NCBI RefSeq assembly: GCF_000315625.1
Contig: NW_005434578.1
Coordinates: 87,501 to 151,500, forward strand
Reading direction: 5' to 3'
DNA: 64,000 nt
Origin: Guillardia theta CCMP2712
Taxonomy: Eukaryota; Protista; Cryptophyta
How positions within the stretch are numbered: the stretch's first letter is position 1; each line of letters opens with the position of its first letter. A program made the translations under genes and the position numbers. Under the pieces are notes generated by a model. The model searched no databases. It saw only the letters and a list, made by a program, of their open reading frames with translations, and had not been told where the DNA came from. This document shows positions 33,724-47,433 of the stretch, piece after piece.

Positions 33724-35943
33724 TCAGGAGGGGAAGACTTGCTGCTGCCGCTGCTGCCGCTGCAACGAACTATCAGACAGTTTCCTACAAGGGGCAGGGC
33801 CGAACCTGTTGGAGCTGTCGTAGAGCGCTTTCTGGGCAGAGCGCCTGAGTCCTTCCGTAAGAGCCAGCACGTACTCAACATCGGAGCTCAGATCCTGCAT
33901 GTCCGTAGCATACGCGAGCTTCGGGCCTGATCCTGGTTTCATCTTCTCCACACTGTGCGGGTTGAGACACTTTTCTTTGATCATGCGGCACCTTCCCTGC
34001 AGCTCTTCCCAGGCCTGTGGGGAGTAGGATCGCAAAGGACTGCTGTTGACCCGCTTCCCGCTTGCGCTGTACCTCCTGCACACCGCCTTGGAATCCGTGT
34101 ACAGCAGAGACCTCGCATTGCCTCCTGGGTCTACGTTCTCAATGTCGTCAACGTCCGTCAGCGGCACCCTCTTGGCCGGCCCGAGAGACGTCTGAGGAGT
34201 TCGTGCTCTGGCCCTGATGTATCCTTCAGCAAGGTGCTGGTGGGGCTCAGGGGTTGCGACCGTCCACGCCGGTGCTCTGCTGGTCTTGGGAGTGAATTCC
34301 TGGGAGAGGAAATTTCCTGTCCCTTCGCTGGTGGATGCAGAGGCTTCTTTTGCATCCGTTGCACTCCTTGTAGGGCTCGTGACATTCATCGCTGAGTCAG
34401 CAGAATTTCTCAGGACCAGCATCGGCTGCTTCTGAGTCGGAGTGCTCCCATCGCCCCATGATCGCCGAAAAACTATTCGCCTTCGATCGTTCTTAATCAA
34501 GGGTCTGTGGTGAGAGGCTCCTGAGGGAGACTGCGCGGAAGACCCTGATTCCTCCAAACTTTTCTCTCGCGCGATCGCCGGGCTTACAAAGAGATTGCAT
34601 GGGGTCGGGACTGTGGAGGATCTTCTTGCGGGATATCTTTCCCGAGCTTGGCTTGAGGAGTGATCGCTGGTTGAGTCAAAGAGGACGGCATCTTCTTGCC
34701 CATCATCATCTGCTCCACTCGCAGGCTCAGCGCAAGAAACATGGCCTGAAACTTGTACACGCTGCACAACATTCAGATTGAAAGGAGCTGGGTCGGAGGA
34801 GGGGTACTCCACTTCGCAGGTCTGGACATGGACCGATTGATAGTCTATTTTGTCGGCATCTCCTCGAGCCTTGAGAGTTTCTATCTCTTCCTCTAAATTT
34901 CGAACTCGGTCCTGAAGCCTAAGATTCTCCTTTTGGCAAGCATCAAAATTTCGATTTGCCTGCTTCAGATCTTTTGCAACAGTTTCGGCTTCAACCTGTT
35001 TGGCATCAAAGGCTCTCTTGAGATCGTCCAGCTTCTTGAGGAGTTCCATCTCTTGCTGCTTGAACCGAGCTCGTTCAATACGGATCTGAACTGCCGAGTA
35101 GTTGAGGATCGAGTCAGGCGAGGGTCGCTTCCTTGGGTCCTTGTCGAGCAGTTTGCCAATGATGAATGGGATCTCCCTTGAGTAGTGAGACGGCACGTGC
35201 GCCTCTGGTGGATCGTTCACAATCTTCTTGAGCAGTTGAGGCTGATTTGCTGCTTGGAAAGGTGGTTTGCATGTCACCAGCTCGAACAGCAGGCATCCGA
35301 GCGCCCAGACATCTGACTTGGTGTCGTAGGGCTTACCTTCACAGATCTCAGGTGAGAAGTAGATCGGAGTCCCAACTTGCGAGATCGCACATGTCGTCTT
35401 GCTGGAGAGGACCTTTCCAAGGCCAAGATCACCTATCTTAATGTCTCCGTTCTGGTCTAGGAAGACGTTGGACGCCTTCACGTCCCTGTGGAGTACTCGC
35501 CGGGAGTGCATATGTTGCAGCCCGAGAGTGATCTGAATGAGATAAGACCAGAACTGTTCCTCTGTGATGTACTTGCCAGCAGCTGAGTTCCTCTTGATCA
35601 CGGCCGCAAGATCGCCACCGGAAGCATACTCCATCACGATATGAAGAACGTCGTTCTCAACGAAGGACTCTACGCACGACACGATGTGCCGATGGTCGAG
35701 CTTCTTGATTATCTCGGTCTCGTTGAGGATCTCGTTCTCCTCCTCCTTGGAGACGCCTAGCAACGACACCTCCTTGATCACCAGCACCTTCCCGTCTGAG
35801 TTCCTTGTCACCTTGAACACGTCCCCGTAGCTTCCTCGCCCGATCTTGTTCATCCGCGTGTACGCCGACATGCTGGCCATGGCAGTGCACGCAGGAGAGG
35901 GGGCGAACCGAGACAGGAGTGAGGAGGGAGGGAGCAGGTACAC
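33724..35943 (-). CDS. NimA-related (NEK) Ser/Thr kinase with coiled coil and disordered tail, intronless
   Basis: IGRGSYG, VIKE, HRDVKASNVF, GDLG (the NEK variant of DFG), GTPIYFSPEICEGKPYDTKSDVWALGC. Likely start at MASMSAY near 35880. Confidence 0.93.
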   Translation of the reverse strand: MYLLPPSSLLSRFAPSPACTAMASMSAYTRMNKIGRGSYGDVFKVTRNSDGKVLVIKEVSLLGVSKEEENEILNETEIIKKLDHRHIVSCVESFVENDVLHIVMEYASGGDLAAVIKRNSAAGKYITEEQFWSYLIQITLGLQHMHSRRVLHRDVKASNVFLDQNGDIKIGDLGLGKVLSSKTTCAISQVGTPIYFSPEICEGKPYDTKSDVWALGCLLFELVTCKPPFQAANQPQLLKKIVNDPPEAHVPSHYSREIPFIIGKLLDKDPRKRPSPDSILNYSAVQIRIERARFKQQEMELLKKLDDLKRAFDAKQVEAETVAKDLKQANRNFDACQKENLRLQDRVRNLEEEIETLKARGDADKIDYQSVHVQTCEVEYPSSDPAPFNLNVVQRVQVSGHVSCAEPASGADDDGQEDAVLFDSTSDHSSSQARERYPARRSSTVPTPCNLFVSPAIAREKSLEESGSSAQSPSGASHHRPLIKNDRRRIVFRRSWGDGSTPTQKQPMLVLRNSADSAMNVTSPTRSATDAKEASASTSEGTGNFLSQEFTPKTSRAPAWTVATPEPHQHLAEGYIRARARTPQTSLGPAKRVPLTDVDDIENVDPGGNARSLLYTDSKAVCRRYSASGKRVNSSPLRSYSPQAWEELQGRCRMIKEKCLNPHSVEKMKPGSGPKLAYATDMQDLSSDVEYVLALTEGLRRSAQKALYDSSNRFGPAPCRKLSDSSLQRQQRQQQVFPS

Positions 35944-36257
35944 ACTAGAGAGAGAGAGTCAGTCCTCACTCTCCTCCTCCTCCTCTATCCTTCGCTTCCT
36001 CCATGCGCATGAAATGCCAGCGGAGGGGCTTTCGAGCGCGGAAGGCGATCCCCTAATGTTTGTACCCCTCATCCCCTAACAAAGTTTGCTGCCTTCGAGG
36101 TTCAACCTACAAATAGCCTGAAAGTGTCTATTTTCAAATCAATGCCTTGAAAGATAACTAACATTGCACTTGAGGCGAGCTCGATATCTCGTGCCTTGGC
36201 ATGAAAATGCACTTTTCTCGCGCCTTCCTGCCCTCCCTCTCATAGGCGTTCCCTGCA

Positions 36258-39190
36258 ATGCCTGCCCATCCTCTCCCCTCCCTCTCTTTCCACTTGATCT
36301 GTTTCAGCACCGCTCTAGTCAGGTAGCAAGGCCTGTACTCGTACAACGACATACAGTCGTCGAAGAAGATCGCTATAGGCCAGACTATCCATCCACAACG
36401 ATCCCCTAAGGCATGCAGGTAAGCTTTCCCTTCTCCTCTACAAGACAGGGGCATGACCTAGCCTCCATATAGATAGGGAAGGTTGAGTATCGGATATCCT
36501 TGCTGACGGTGTCTGGAGCTCTGGCATGGTTGGCATACAGCTGCACGCTGGTGTCCAGGGAACATCATACAAACCTTCAAACATTCAGAGACATCATCAG
36601 CAGAGGTCATGCACACTCGCTCCATGCGCAACTGACACACGTTCAGGGTGGATTCCTTTCTCAACAGGCATCGATCTGACGGACTCCCAATGGAGAACCT
36701 GGAGGAGTCAAGCCGTTTATTTGCTTCCGTACATGGTCCCCTTGCCTTTCTTCTGCTAGATGTCGCTCAATCGCCTCTGTAGATCTTGATGGTGCACCTG
36801 CGAAGGTGGCTTTGTGGATCAGGAAGGATGCATCGTGTTTCCTTTACGGCACTTTGGTCTATCATGAATGTGATCATCCTACATGGCAATGGAACTTTCT
36901 ACCTGTTGGCGTTCACGATCGTGAACTATTATGGTGCAAAGCTGTTGGTGAGGACGAGGTACATGAAGGTGTTTACCTGGATCTTTTCTTTTGCTATGCT
37001 GCTGCTTTCGAAGCTGTGGGATGACATGTGAGAGAAGTTCCTTGGATGGTTCTTTCCTCATCGTTGCATAGGGGATCGCTTCCATATCTGCAGGGGTTGT
37101 CAAGCACGATAAGTTTTCTTGAAGAGAGCCTAAGAGCAATTTTTGGTCCGACAATTTTCTCTGTCATTAATAGCTACAGGTAGAAATCGATGATTTTCTT
37201 CTCCGCTTAAAGCTGTCATGGCTAGTGGAGTGTATCGGTGGAACAAACCCTTCAATCTGTTGTTTCTCCGCATCATCAGCTACAATTGCGATGTACGTGA
37301 CCAATCGTTGGTTATTGTTTTCTCACACATTGATGTCTTCTGAAGGTTTGCGACAACGCCAGGAATAGTGCATCTGTGGATGCGAAGGGCGAACAGAAAA
37401 ACCGAACTATCGAGGATGGTTTCTTGTAAGTTTAACCCGTGCTGTGTTTAATTTCGAATCTATCCATCTGAAACTGACTCGCATCGATCTTTCTCTCTAT
37501 ATCTCTCTCACTGAGCGCACCAGGACGTATCTCTGTTTCCTTCTCTATCCTCCACTCTACGCCACAGGACCCCTTATTCACTTTGAAGACTTCTCGTAAG
37601 TGTGATGTCTCGTTTGCTATCTCCTTCTCGTTTCAAGCTTCGATGACGACTGCTGGTGAATTTCAGAGCACAACTACACACACAACGCAACAGTGAGTCG
37701 GCAGCCAAGGACAGGGTCAATGCCAGCTCTGGATGGAGACTGATGTTCAAATGTGCTCTGTATTTTCTTGCCATGGAGTTCATGCTGCATTTCATCCACC
37801 TGCATGCCATCAGCCGAAATCTGCACACTATTTTTCATCTCTACAGCAAGAGCGTGCTCTACCTCCCTCCCTGGGAAGTTATGGCTGTTGGGTTCTACAT
37901 GTTGAACTACACATACATGAAGGTCGGTGATGTCGAGACTCCAATTGTGACGGGAGTTTGACATCTTGCTGCAGTTTCTCATCATTTGGCGGTCTGCAAT
38001 GTCGGTAGCGAAGATGGACGAAATCGAGACTATTGACAACATGAATCGTGATTGATATCAACATATCAACACTGAGAGTGTGTATGACTTTCTTGCTGCA
38101 AGGTTGCGTCTGCAACAACTACACCTTCGTGGGGTTTTGGCGATCGTGGCATCGAAGTCTACACATGTGGGTTCTCAGGTACAACTTCTTGGATCCTTTT
38201 CCTCCTCATCCTCGCAGTCTGCTTGCTGTCCTTGCTATGCCTTTCCCCCTGTCCTTTATGCCTTTCACCCGTTATTGCCTTCCTCCATCCCATGCTCTGC
38301 TCCGCTCGGATCTCTACTTTCTATATCCCCCATTGACATCACCAGCTATCTTCTCTCCGCTGTCTCCTTCTCTGTCAGCCATTCACTGTCTTTGCAGGTA
38401 CATGTATCACCCGATGGGAGGGCACAGCCGTCGCCTCCTCATAGTCTGGCCCATCTTCATCTTCATCGGCCTATGGCACGATCTCGAGTGGACGTGGCTG
38501 GCCTGGGCTCTCTTTAACTGCGCTTTCATGACTTTTGAGGTAACCGACCTCCTTATCTGTTCCTCCTCCTCTTCCTCATTGACTTTCAGATCTCTGTCTC
38601 CAAGGCCTTCAAGGGGAGCAGCCTGCAGAGACGTTGTGAAGATGGGTATGCATGCCTGTCAAGAGCATGTTGGTGGTGGCAGGTTTGATCGGATGCTGAT
38701 AGTGTTGTTGACGACAGTATTGTTGATGGCGGTGTTGTGTTGTATGTTAGCTGTTGTTGCCAATGGCTGCACCCTTGTTTTGTGGTGATGATGGAGAGTG
38801 TGATGGAGATCTCATGATCGCCTTGGCGAACAGTCTCGGAAAGTGGCTGGTATTGTTAGCAATCGTCCTCAACATCTACTTGCTCATCCTCAGCAACCTT
38901 GCTATCCTGTATGGTTTCCAAGGAAGGTACATGCTCTCGTTCGCGTTCGTTTGCCTCCTCTTACATCCTTCAGCTATGACTTCGTCCGCGCCTTTCTCTT
39001 CCCCCCTCCTCCAGGGACACTGATGGATTCACTGGTGTCCAACGTGATTGGGTGGATACAATCGAAACTTGATGTTGGCTGCTGTCGTTCTGATTGTACT
39101 GGCAGGTTATGGTGGGTTGTGTCAGGGATTATCCTCATGCTCTATCGGAGGCAGGAGGAGAAGCTGAGGGGGGACAAGAAGACCTTCTGA
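36258..39190 (+). CDS. MBOAT O-acyltransferase, GUP1/HHAT-like, multi-exon
   Basis: GWIPFSTGIDLTDSQWRTWR, FNLLFLRIISYN, LYPPLYATGP, NMNR / CVCNNYTFVGFWRSWHRSLHMWVLR / YMYHPMGG, and IFIFIGLWHD (catalytic His). Start approximate. Confidence 0.88.
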
Positions 39191-39375
39191 TGTTCACTGG
39201 CATCGATGTAACGACAGGCCTTGAATCGTTGCCATCAACACGCTCCTGCTGGTTAAACTGTGATACCTAAGAATGCTACATCTGAACTGCTGCTGTTGAT
39301 CTCTCCGAGATACTTTCACCTTCCTAGCATCGATCCTGCCCATTCTAGCCTTCACCACTCTCCCTATCCACCCTT

Positions 39376-39485
39376 CTCTCCTCTCCTCTCCTCTCCTCTC
39401 CTCTCCTCTCCTCTCCTCTCCTCTCCTCTCCTCTCCTCTCCTCTCCTCTCCTCTCCTCTCCTCTCCTCTCCTCTCCTCTCCTCTC
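39376..39485. repeat. (CCTCT)n pentamer microsatellite
   Basis: Visible tandem array. Confidence 0.95.
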
Positions 39486-39710
39486 GGCTTCCCTTCCCTC
39501 GCCATTCACGAACATTGCTAGTCCGCCCGACGCCTTTTACGTCCAATCTGTATCACCCTACCCCTGTGTTGCTGTTTTCAATTTTCCCACCGGTCTGTTT
39601 GACTCGATATTGTTGAGGAAAAGAGCCAAGATCGCATCACATTCATAACCCCCACCCCCTCCAATTATCTGGAGGAAAATGCCGGTTTTTGGGGCGATGG
39701 TGCAGGCGAA

Positions 39711-42700
39711 ATGCCGAGCGAGCCGAGAGTTGAAGGGAGGGAGGGAAGAGAGAGGAGAGCGAAGAGAGAGGAGAGCGAAGAGGAAAGATCGGATGAGAAT
39801 GATGATGATAATGACCAGAAGAGCGGAGATGAAGACCAGGAGTACTGCAAACGAGAACCCTTCATGATGAATCCTGTTGAGGGATCGCTATCACAAGTAT
39901 GCTAGACTTGCGCAGGGATGCGGACGGAGGCGTGTGCAATGCCGCAATGATGGTGCGATAACAAGGGAGAATGCTAACGTTGAGAAAAGATGGACTGGAT
40001 TATGGGCAAGAAACTTTGACGAAGCCCCGGGCAACTTGTGCGAGCACGATTGTAGGAGGGAGTGGCATGGGATTTCCTGGGCAACTGATCGCTGGCCGAC
40101 AGATGTATGCAACTGATCACCATTAAGAGATGAATCATGCCGCTTGGATCCTGACCTTCCTGAAGGTATGCTCCTCCTCCCTCCGCTCCTCTTCAGCTTC
40201 CCCTCCTCTCCTTCCCTCACTTTCCGTTTCGTGTCGGCTCTCTCCCCCTCCTCCTTCCTTTTCTCCTCCCCCTCCCCTTTCGTTCACGTTGATGGTAATA
40301 ATCAGGTCGCCAGCATTGCCCAAGGCTTCACATCCCTCAAGCTCTGTCGCAGCATCGAGCTGAGGTCCTCCACTGTTGCTGATACCCCGTCAGATAACAT
40401 CTTGCCTGGGTAGCCCCGAGCGAAGTGTTAAGCTGCACACGTATCAAGACAGAGCTAGGAGCGTGGAGAACGACAGTGACGTGTGTTTGTTTGTCAGATC
40501 TACTCCGATAATGCGAGGAGGAGGTCAAGACAACAGTGACGTGGGAACTTCTAGCGCCAGGTTCGCGAATACTTGGTGTTGAGTTTGCTTCTTTGAGTTT
40601 CCTGTTGGCTCATAATACTATGGATATGATGCTGATATTTGTTGCTGGGCTGCCCTTCGACTGAACTCATGTCCTATTTCAATCAGGTTGATCAGCGACG
40701 GCAACTCGCTGTCTTTCAAAGACCATGTCTTTCTGCAAGGTTTCTCTGATCAATTGAAAGTCAAACAACTGGTATGACCTGATTGTCCTCTGATGCCTCG
40801 GCCCAACAACCTCTTGCATTTTCTTGTGCTCTTTGTGATCCTCTCCCCTAATAGGACGAAGATTCTGCCTTCATCTCCATAGCTGCCAACAAACAGTCTG
40901 ACGAGCATCTGGTCAGCCTGGGAAACATTCACTGCGAACAGTTCCTCGCCTGTTCGCGCCAGAAGCTGTGGTGAGGAGACGAAGGACGGGATGGAGAGAG
41001 GAGAGATGGAGGAGGAAGAAGAGAGAACGATCTGGAAGATGAGTGGGTGTGGGGGGGGTGAGGAGAAAGGGGTTGTAAGCATGGAGGGAAGGTCGGAGGT
41101 GGACAAAAGATGGAAGCAGGAGGGACGTGGAAGGAGCGGAGCAAGAGAGGAGGAGGGGAGGGGAGGGGAGGGAGGGGAGGGGAGGAAGAAGAGAAGAGGA
41201 GGAACAGAGGGAGGAGGAGTTTTTGGCACTTAGCCAGCATCTTTGCAGGTGGACTCTACCGCACTGGGGACGTTGGGCGCATGAGATCCCGGCGGAGACT
41301 CAGTTTCTGCTGATGAAGTTGGACCAGGACAGCAGCTCGGCATCTGCTCGCTATGCTGCGATCCTCCCTGTGCTCAGTGGAGGGTTCAGATCCTGCCTGA
41401 CTGCTCGGAAAGACCATGTGAGACCCCAGAAGCGCTCGACGCCTCCTCTTCCCCTTGCAAACTCTCCTCCTGCACCTCCTGCACCTCCTGCACCAGTACC
41501 GTTTTTGCCTGCTCCTCCTCCTCCTGCACTCGTCCATTCGTACCTCCTCCTCACGTAACCCCGCCCCCCCCCCCCCCTTCCTGTACCTCCTCTGCTATCT
41601 CCTCATCTGTTATTGATCGGTCTGCCTTTCTTGCTCGCAGGACGAGATGTTTGCAAGGGTGGAGAGCGGAGACTCGGGGGTGCAGGAGAGGAAGATAGAA
41701 GACATCCTCTATGTCCGCTGCGGACACGATCCCTTCCTCCTCCTCCGCGAGAGTTTCCGCAGGCTATCGGAGAAGATGGGCACGTTCCGTGTTCGAGAGG
41801 ACAAGGTGAGGAAAGAGGGAGGAAGAGGGAGGGAGGAGGGAGGGAGGAGGAGGAGGAGGAGGAGGAAGAGGAGGAAGAGGACAGAGAAGGCAGAAGCTGG
41901 AGAGAAAGTTCCTTTCAGGGTACCTCTATCCTCCCTCCTCTACCACAGCCACCGTGAGGAGAGCCTGTAATGTAACACGTACCTCCTAGTCTCTTCCCCC
42001 TTCCATCGAGCTGTTTGGCTGGTGCACATGGAACGCGTTCTACTCGGAGGTAGAGGGGAAGGGGATCATGCAGGGGCTCGCCTCCCTGGCAGCAGGAGGG
42101 ACTCCCGCTCGGTTCCTCATCATCGACGACGGCTGGCAAGACACGAGCAACGACGAGGTGGTGGAGGCGACGGAGGAGAGGTGAAGAAGAGAAGAGGAAG
42201 AGGAAGAGAGAAGCTGCGCGTGACGCTCGGGATCTCAGGACTCCCTGGAACCTTGCCAAGAGGATCGTGAGGGTTTGAAGCTCCTCGTGTCAAAGTGCGT
42301 GGGGTGACGGCAGTGCTGCAGCAAGTCTGTGCTGGGGCTGTTGAGCTCGCTCTCTGTGTTGGGTTGAAATATTTCGAGACTTTTGTCAAACGAGCCCATC
42401 ATGACTCGATCCATGTCAAGGTTGTCCATCAAACTCACATGACAATGCGATCTGATGGAATGCCATGCGTGTTGTGCCTAAGACATTTACTCTTTCTGTC
42501 AGTGATGGCTTAAGTTGTCTTGTCTTGTCTTGTCTTGTCTTGTCTTGTCTTGTCTTGTCCTGTCTTGTCTTGTCTTGTCCTGTCTTGTCTTGTCTTGTCT
42601 TGTCTTGTCTTGTCTTGTCTTGTCTTGTCTTGTCCTGTCTTGTCTTGTCTTGTCTTGTCTTGTCTTGTCTTGTCTTGTCTTGTCTTGTCTTGTCTTGTCT

Positions 42701-43057
42701 TGTCTTGTCTTGTCTTGTCTTGTCTTGTCTTGTCTTGTCTTGTCTTGTCTTGTCTTGTCTTGTCTTGACCGCTCTCACGGATCGCTCTCTAGTTGTGGAG
42801 ATCGCTCACCTCCTCCTTTCTCTCTATCCCGCTTCTCCAGCACTTCCGCCGGACTACTGACTATGGCAAGAGACTTGTTTCCCCGCATGCGAACCTAAGG
42901 TGATCGTCATGATCTTTGTTTCGAGCTTCTCTTGCCTCCTCTTCATCCTGATTCTCACTCTCTTCTCCATTCCCGCTCTGATTCCCCACCTTCGTTCTAT
43001 TCTTCTCCTGCTATTCTGCGTGTCCTCCTCCTCTTCCTCCTCCTCTTTCTCCTCCTC

Positions 43058-43088
<31 letters not shown>

Positions 43089-43125
43089 ATCATCATCATC
43101 ATCATCTTCTTCATCTTCATCGACA

Positions 43126-43167
<42 letters not shown>

Positions 43168-45737
43168 GTCGCTGACACCCCTTTGAAGGTTCCTGCAGTC
43201 CCTTCCTGGAGGCGACCTGGGAGAGTTTGTCAACACCCTCAAAACTCAGATGGGCGTACAGCAAGTCTTGTGCTGGCATGCGCTCGCTGGGTACTGGTCC
43301 GGGCTGCGACCCTCCTCCCCCTCCTTCCAGTCCCTCTCCCCCTCCATCAACCGCCCCTCCCCGATGGAAGGAATTCTTGAGGTGGAGCGAGATAGGAGCT
43401 TGCTTTCATCTTTTTCTTTAACGTTTTTTCGTTCTTCTTCCTCCTCCCCTTTTCTTCCTCCTCCTTCTGTCCTTTTCTTCTTCCTCCTCCTTCTGCTGCC
43501 CTGTTCTTGTTTCTCCTTTCCTTCTCTCCTTCTCATTTCTGCCCTTCACCTTCTTCTTCCTTGTATCTCTCTTCTCTCCCTTTCCCACAATCTCTTTCCG
43601 TCCCTGTCCCCTTTTCCTCCTCCTTCTTTCCCCCCCTCCCTCCCCTTTCCCCTGCCTTCCTCCCCCCTCCCTCTCCCTTCCTCCCCCTCCCTCTCCCTTT
43701 CTCTCTTTCTCTCTGCTCTGTCCTCCAGGTCGAGCCTCAGCTCTCCTGGGACCCTCTCACCCTCGGGGGCATCGGGTTGCCACGGGGGGATCGAACCCTC
43801 GAGTTCTACCATCAACTTCACTCCTACCTGCGGTATCAGCGCGCTCCTCCTCCTCTGCGTGCACGTTTCTTCCTCCCTCCTGCCTCGCTGGTAGACTCGT
43901 CGACTCTCTGTTCTCCTCGTCGTCCACTCATGCTCATGTTCTATCGCGCTGACGACATTTCAGGAGCAACAATGTTGACGGCCTGAAAGTTGACGCGCAG
44001 GTGAGGACGGAGGTGGAGGAAGCAAGAGCTCGTGGGTGGAGGGCGGAGGGAGGAGGGAGGAGGGAGGAGGGCGGAGGGAGGAGGGAGGAGGGAGGAGGGA
44101 GGAGAGGAAGAGAGAAGGGAGGAGGGAAGTGCTCACAGGAGGTCAGGCAGCATTCACAATGCTGGGGGAGGGAAACGGAGGGACCGTAAAAGTCACACAG
44201 AAGCACATACATGTGAGAACATCCCTCCCAGTGCTCTTAGCTCCGTTGGTTTTAACCTCGTCCTCTTTGTTTCTGTACTTCGTTTCCTGCTCCTCCTTCG
44301 CTTCGTTCCTGTCATTCTCCTCGTCCTCGTCCTCGTCCTCGTCCTCCTTTTCCTCCTCTCCTTGCCCTGTCCTGCAAGCTCCTTCGTTTCCATTTGTCTC
44401 GTTTTTCCCCTCTTCCTTATTTCTACCTTCTCCTCTCCTTTCCTCAGTCTCCTTCTCTCGCTGACTCTAAGTGGGTAGATGATGGAGGAGTCTGTCAGCC
44501 GGCACTTCGGCTCCAGCAACTGCATCAACTGCATGTGCCACCCGACCGAGTGTCTCTACTCGTACAAGGAAAGACAAGAGGAAGTCAGAGGACAGAGGAG
44601 AGGAGAGGAGAGGAGAGGAGAGGAGAGGAGAGGAGAGGAGAGGAGAGGAGAGGAGAGGGCAGGAGAGGAGTTGAGAAGGGAAAGTGAGTGAGGGAGGAGA
44701 GGAGTTGAGAAGGGAAAGTGAGTGAGGGGGGAAAGTCAAGGATGGAGAAAACGAAGGGAGAGAGAAGGCAGGGAGGCAGGGAGAGAGAAGCGAAGCGTAA
44801 GGACAGAAGAGACTGAATGATGTTTGATGAGCAGACAACTTCTATCGTACGCGCCTCTGACGATTTCTGGCCGGACGACCCTGCGTCGCACACAACACAC
44901 GTGAGAAACTCGAGGAAGGAGGGGGAGGGGTAGGAAGAGAGCGGAAGGATGGAAGAAGGGAGGGAAGGGAGGGAGGGAGGGCTGGCAAGTGCAGGTGGAG
45001 TGGGTAGAGTAGCCTAAGTTGTGATGTCCTTACAGCTTGTCAACGTCGCTTACAACAGCTTGTTCCTCGGGGAGATCGCACAGGTAGAAATGATTTCTTT
45101 CTTTCTTGTCTTGCACGTTGGTGAAGAGATTTGCTGCAGCCTGATTGGGACATGTTTCAAAGCGACCACCCCACCTCTCACATCCATGCCATCGCCCGGG
45201 CTGTTGGAGGCTGTTCGGTCTATGTCTCAGACAAGCCGGAGAGACACAACTTCGACCTGTTGAGGAGGTACAGGCAGCAGTTGCTCCTGTCCTGCTGCAT
45301 GCTTGCATGCTTCCCTTCCCTTCTCCTCCACCCTTTGTTGTCCTCCCTCATGGCTATTTGTTGAGCTTGCTGTGTTCAGGTTGGTCCTGGCAGATGGATC
45401 AATCCTCCGAGCAAGACAACCAGGTTTCTTCCTCCTCCTTTTCCTCTCCCTCCTTCGCTCTAACTCCTCCTCCTGCCCTCCTGCTTCTGCCCGCTTGTCT
45501 GACGCTCAGCAGGACGTCCAACAAGAGACTGCATCTTTGTCAACGTCATGCTGGACGAGCGAAGTGCGCTCAAGGTGCGAGAGAGGAGAGGAGAGTTGAT
45601 AGTGTAAGCTTCTCCAGGTTTGGAACGTGAACCAATGCAACTCAGTGCTTGCAGCTTTCAATCTCCAGGTGAGGCCGTGCGAGGAGAGGAAGAGAGGGAG
45701 GCAGGGGGGGTAAGAAGCGAGGAGCAGGAAGGGGAAG

Positions 45738-45783
<46 letters not shown>

Positions 45784-47040
45784 AGCATGCTAAGGAGCTG
45801 GATGGCAGGGAGCGAACTGGTGCAAGAAGAGCAGGCAGCATGTGGTTCACAGCGAGAGCGTCTCGAGCGTGAACGTCCTCATGCGAGCAAGTGACATCGA
45901 GGACAACCTGAGCTGCGACAAGTCGACCTGGTAAGAGCATGCGGACGAGGTGTTCCTGATGCTTGAGAAGTTCAAAGCTTCTCCCTCCCGGTCCTCCCTC
46001 CCTCCAAGTGCTCTTTTCATTTTGCTCCCCCTCTTCCTCCCCCTCCTCCCTTCCTCTCATAACCCTTCTCTCTCCTTTCTCCCATCTCCCACAAGAAAAG
46101 TTGTCACCGGGCATGCAGGTTTGTATGGACGACCAAGTGGTCAAGAGGAGGAGCGCTGGAGGAGGTGTGCCTTGGGAAGGAAGGGAGGGAGGGAGGGCAA
46201 GGAGTGACGCTCGCGTGCAGGCAAGTCAGCAGCTCGTTTCCTTGCAGGACGAGATCTCCGTCCAGCTGGAGGAGAAGCAGTGCTGCATCTGCACATGTAC
46301 TCCTCGTCTCCTTCCTCCTTGTCCTCCCTCTCGTCCTCGTCCTCCTCGTCCTTCTCCTCATCTTCCCCCTTCCTTCGCTACCACTACCTCATCCTCTTCC
46401 TCCTTCTCGCACTCGTCCTTGTTCGCCGCCTTCTCTTCCTCGTTCCTACCTGACCGCACACTTGAAGTCGCTCAGGTCCACCAGCTCAAGGACGGGGGTC
46501 GTGAAATTTCAGCAGCTGCAGTGGGACTGGAGGAAATGTTCAACGCTGGTCAGCAGCAGCAGTGGAGCCTGAAGTTTCTGACATCAGCGCAGGAGGGGCT
46601 GTCCTCGCCGTCCATGCGGAGCAGAGCAGCATGCGGGTCGAGTCGCGCGGACCTGGTGAGAGGGAGGAGAGGAGCATGCGAGCTGATGGGCAGCAGGGAC
46701 GCTGCTCCTGTTCTCCTCGGTGAAGCCGCTGGAAGTCAGATACGGGCAAGAGGTGAGAAGCGGGCAGGGGATCGGACCGAGGGAGGAGGGGGAGGAGGAA
46801 GTGGACAAGGACGACGAGGAGGGCGAGACAGGAGGGCGAGGAGGGCGAAGAGTAGGAGGAGGAGGAGGAGGAGGAAGCATGAAGCAGTGGTGTCCGACTC
46901 TGTTGCGCAGACTCTCGAATTTCAGTGGAGCGAGGAGGAGAAGACTGTGCGAGTGCCGGTGAATGTCTTGATGGATGTGGGCGAGGAGGAGGTAACGGTA
47001 GTTGAAGTTGACCTTCGCACGCGGAGAGATCAGCGTGAGG
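39711..47040 (+). CDS. raffinose synthase / seed-imbibition alkaline alpha-galactosidase (GH36), many repeat-filled introns
   Basis: [91 protein letters not shown]...[14 protein letters not shown] and PTRDCIF. 3' end unresolved. Confidence 0.92.
42515..42767. repeat. (TCTTG)n pentamer microsatellite
   Basis: About 50 copies; intronic. Confidence 0.97.
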
Positions 47041-47433
47041 TACTGAGTCAAGAGCCTCGTCTTGCTCCGCAGCTTTACTGGTACAAGCTCTCAGAGCTTG
47101 ACGGAAGTGAACTAGCACTTAAGATCCTCGACCTGTCTCTATCGCTCTCACTCTCCTCCTCACATCCTTGTTGTCCTTCTCCCTCCATTCCTTCTCCCTC
47201 AATCGCCCCATCGCTCCAGGTTCCTCCTCCCTCCTCCCTCCTCCCTCCTCCCTCCTCCCTCCTCCCTCCCCCCTTCTCTCTTTCTTCGCTCTACTTTTCC
47301 CCTACCGACACCTCGGGTGCAATTCGGGACTTTTTGACTGTCCCAAGGGTCGCAACTTGCTGGTAGCAACTGCGTAGGAGAGCATGGCGGAGGGAAGGAG
47401 GAGCGAGAGGAAAGAGCAAGAGGCAGAGACGTC

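Noticed and set aside
42416-42898. QDKTR and CLVLS repeat proteins
   Set aside because: They are translations of an intronic (TCTTG)n microsatellite.
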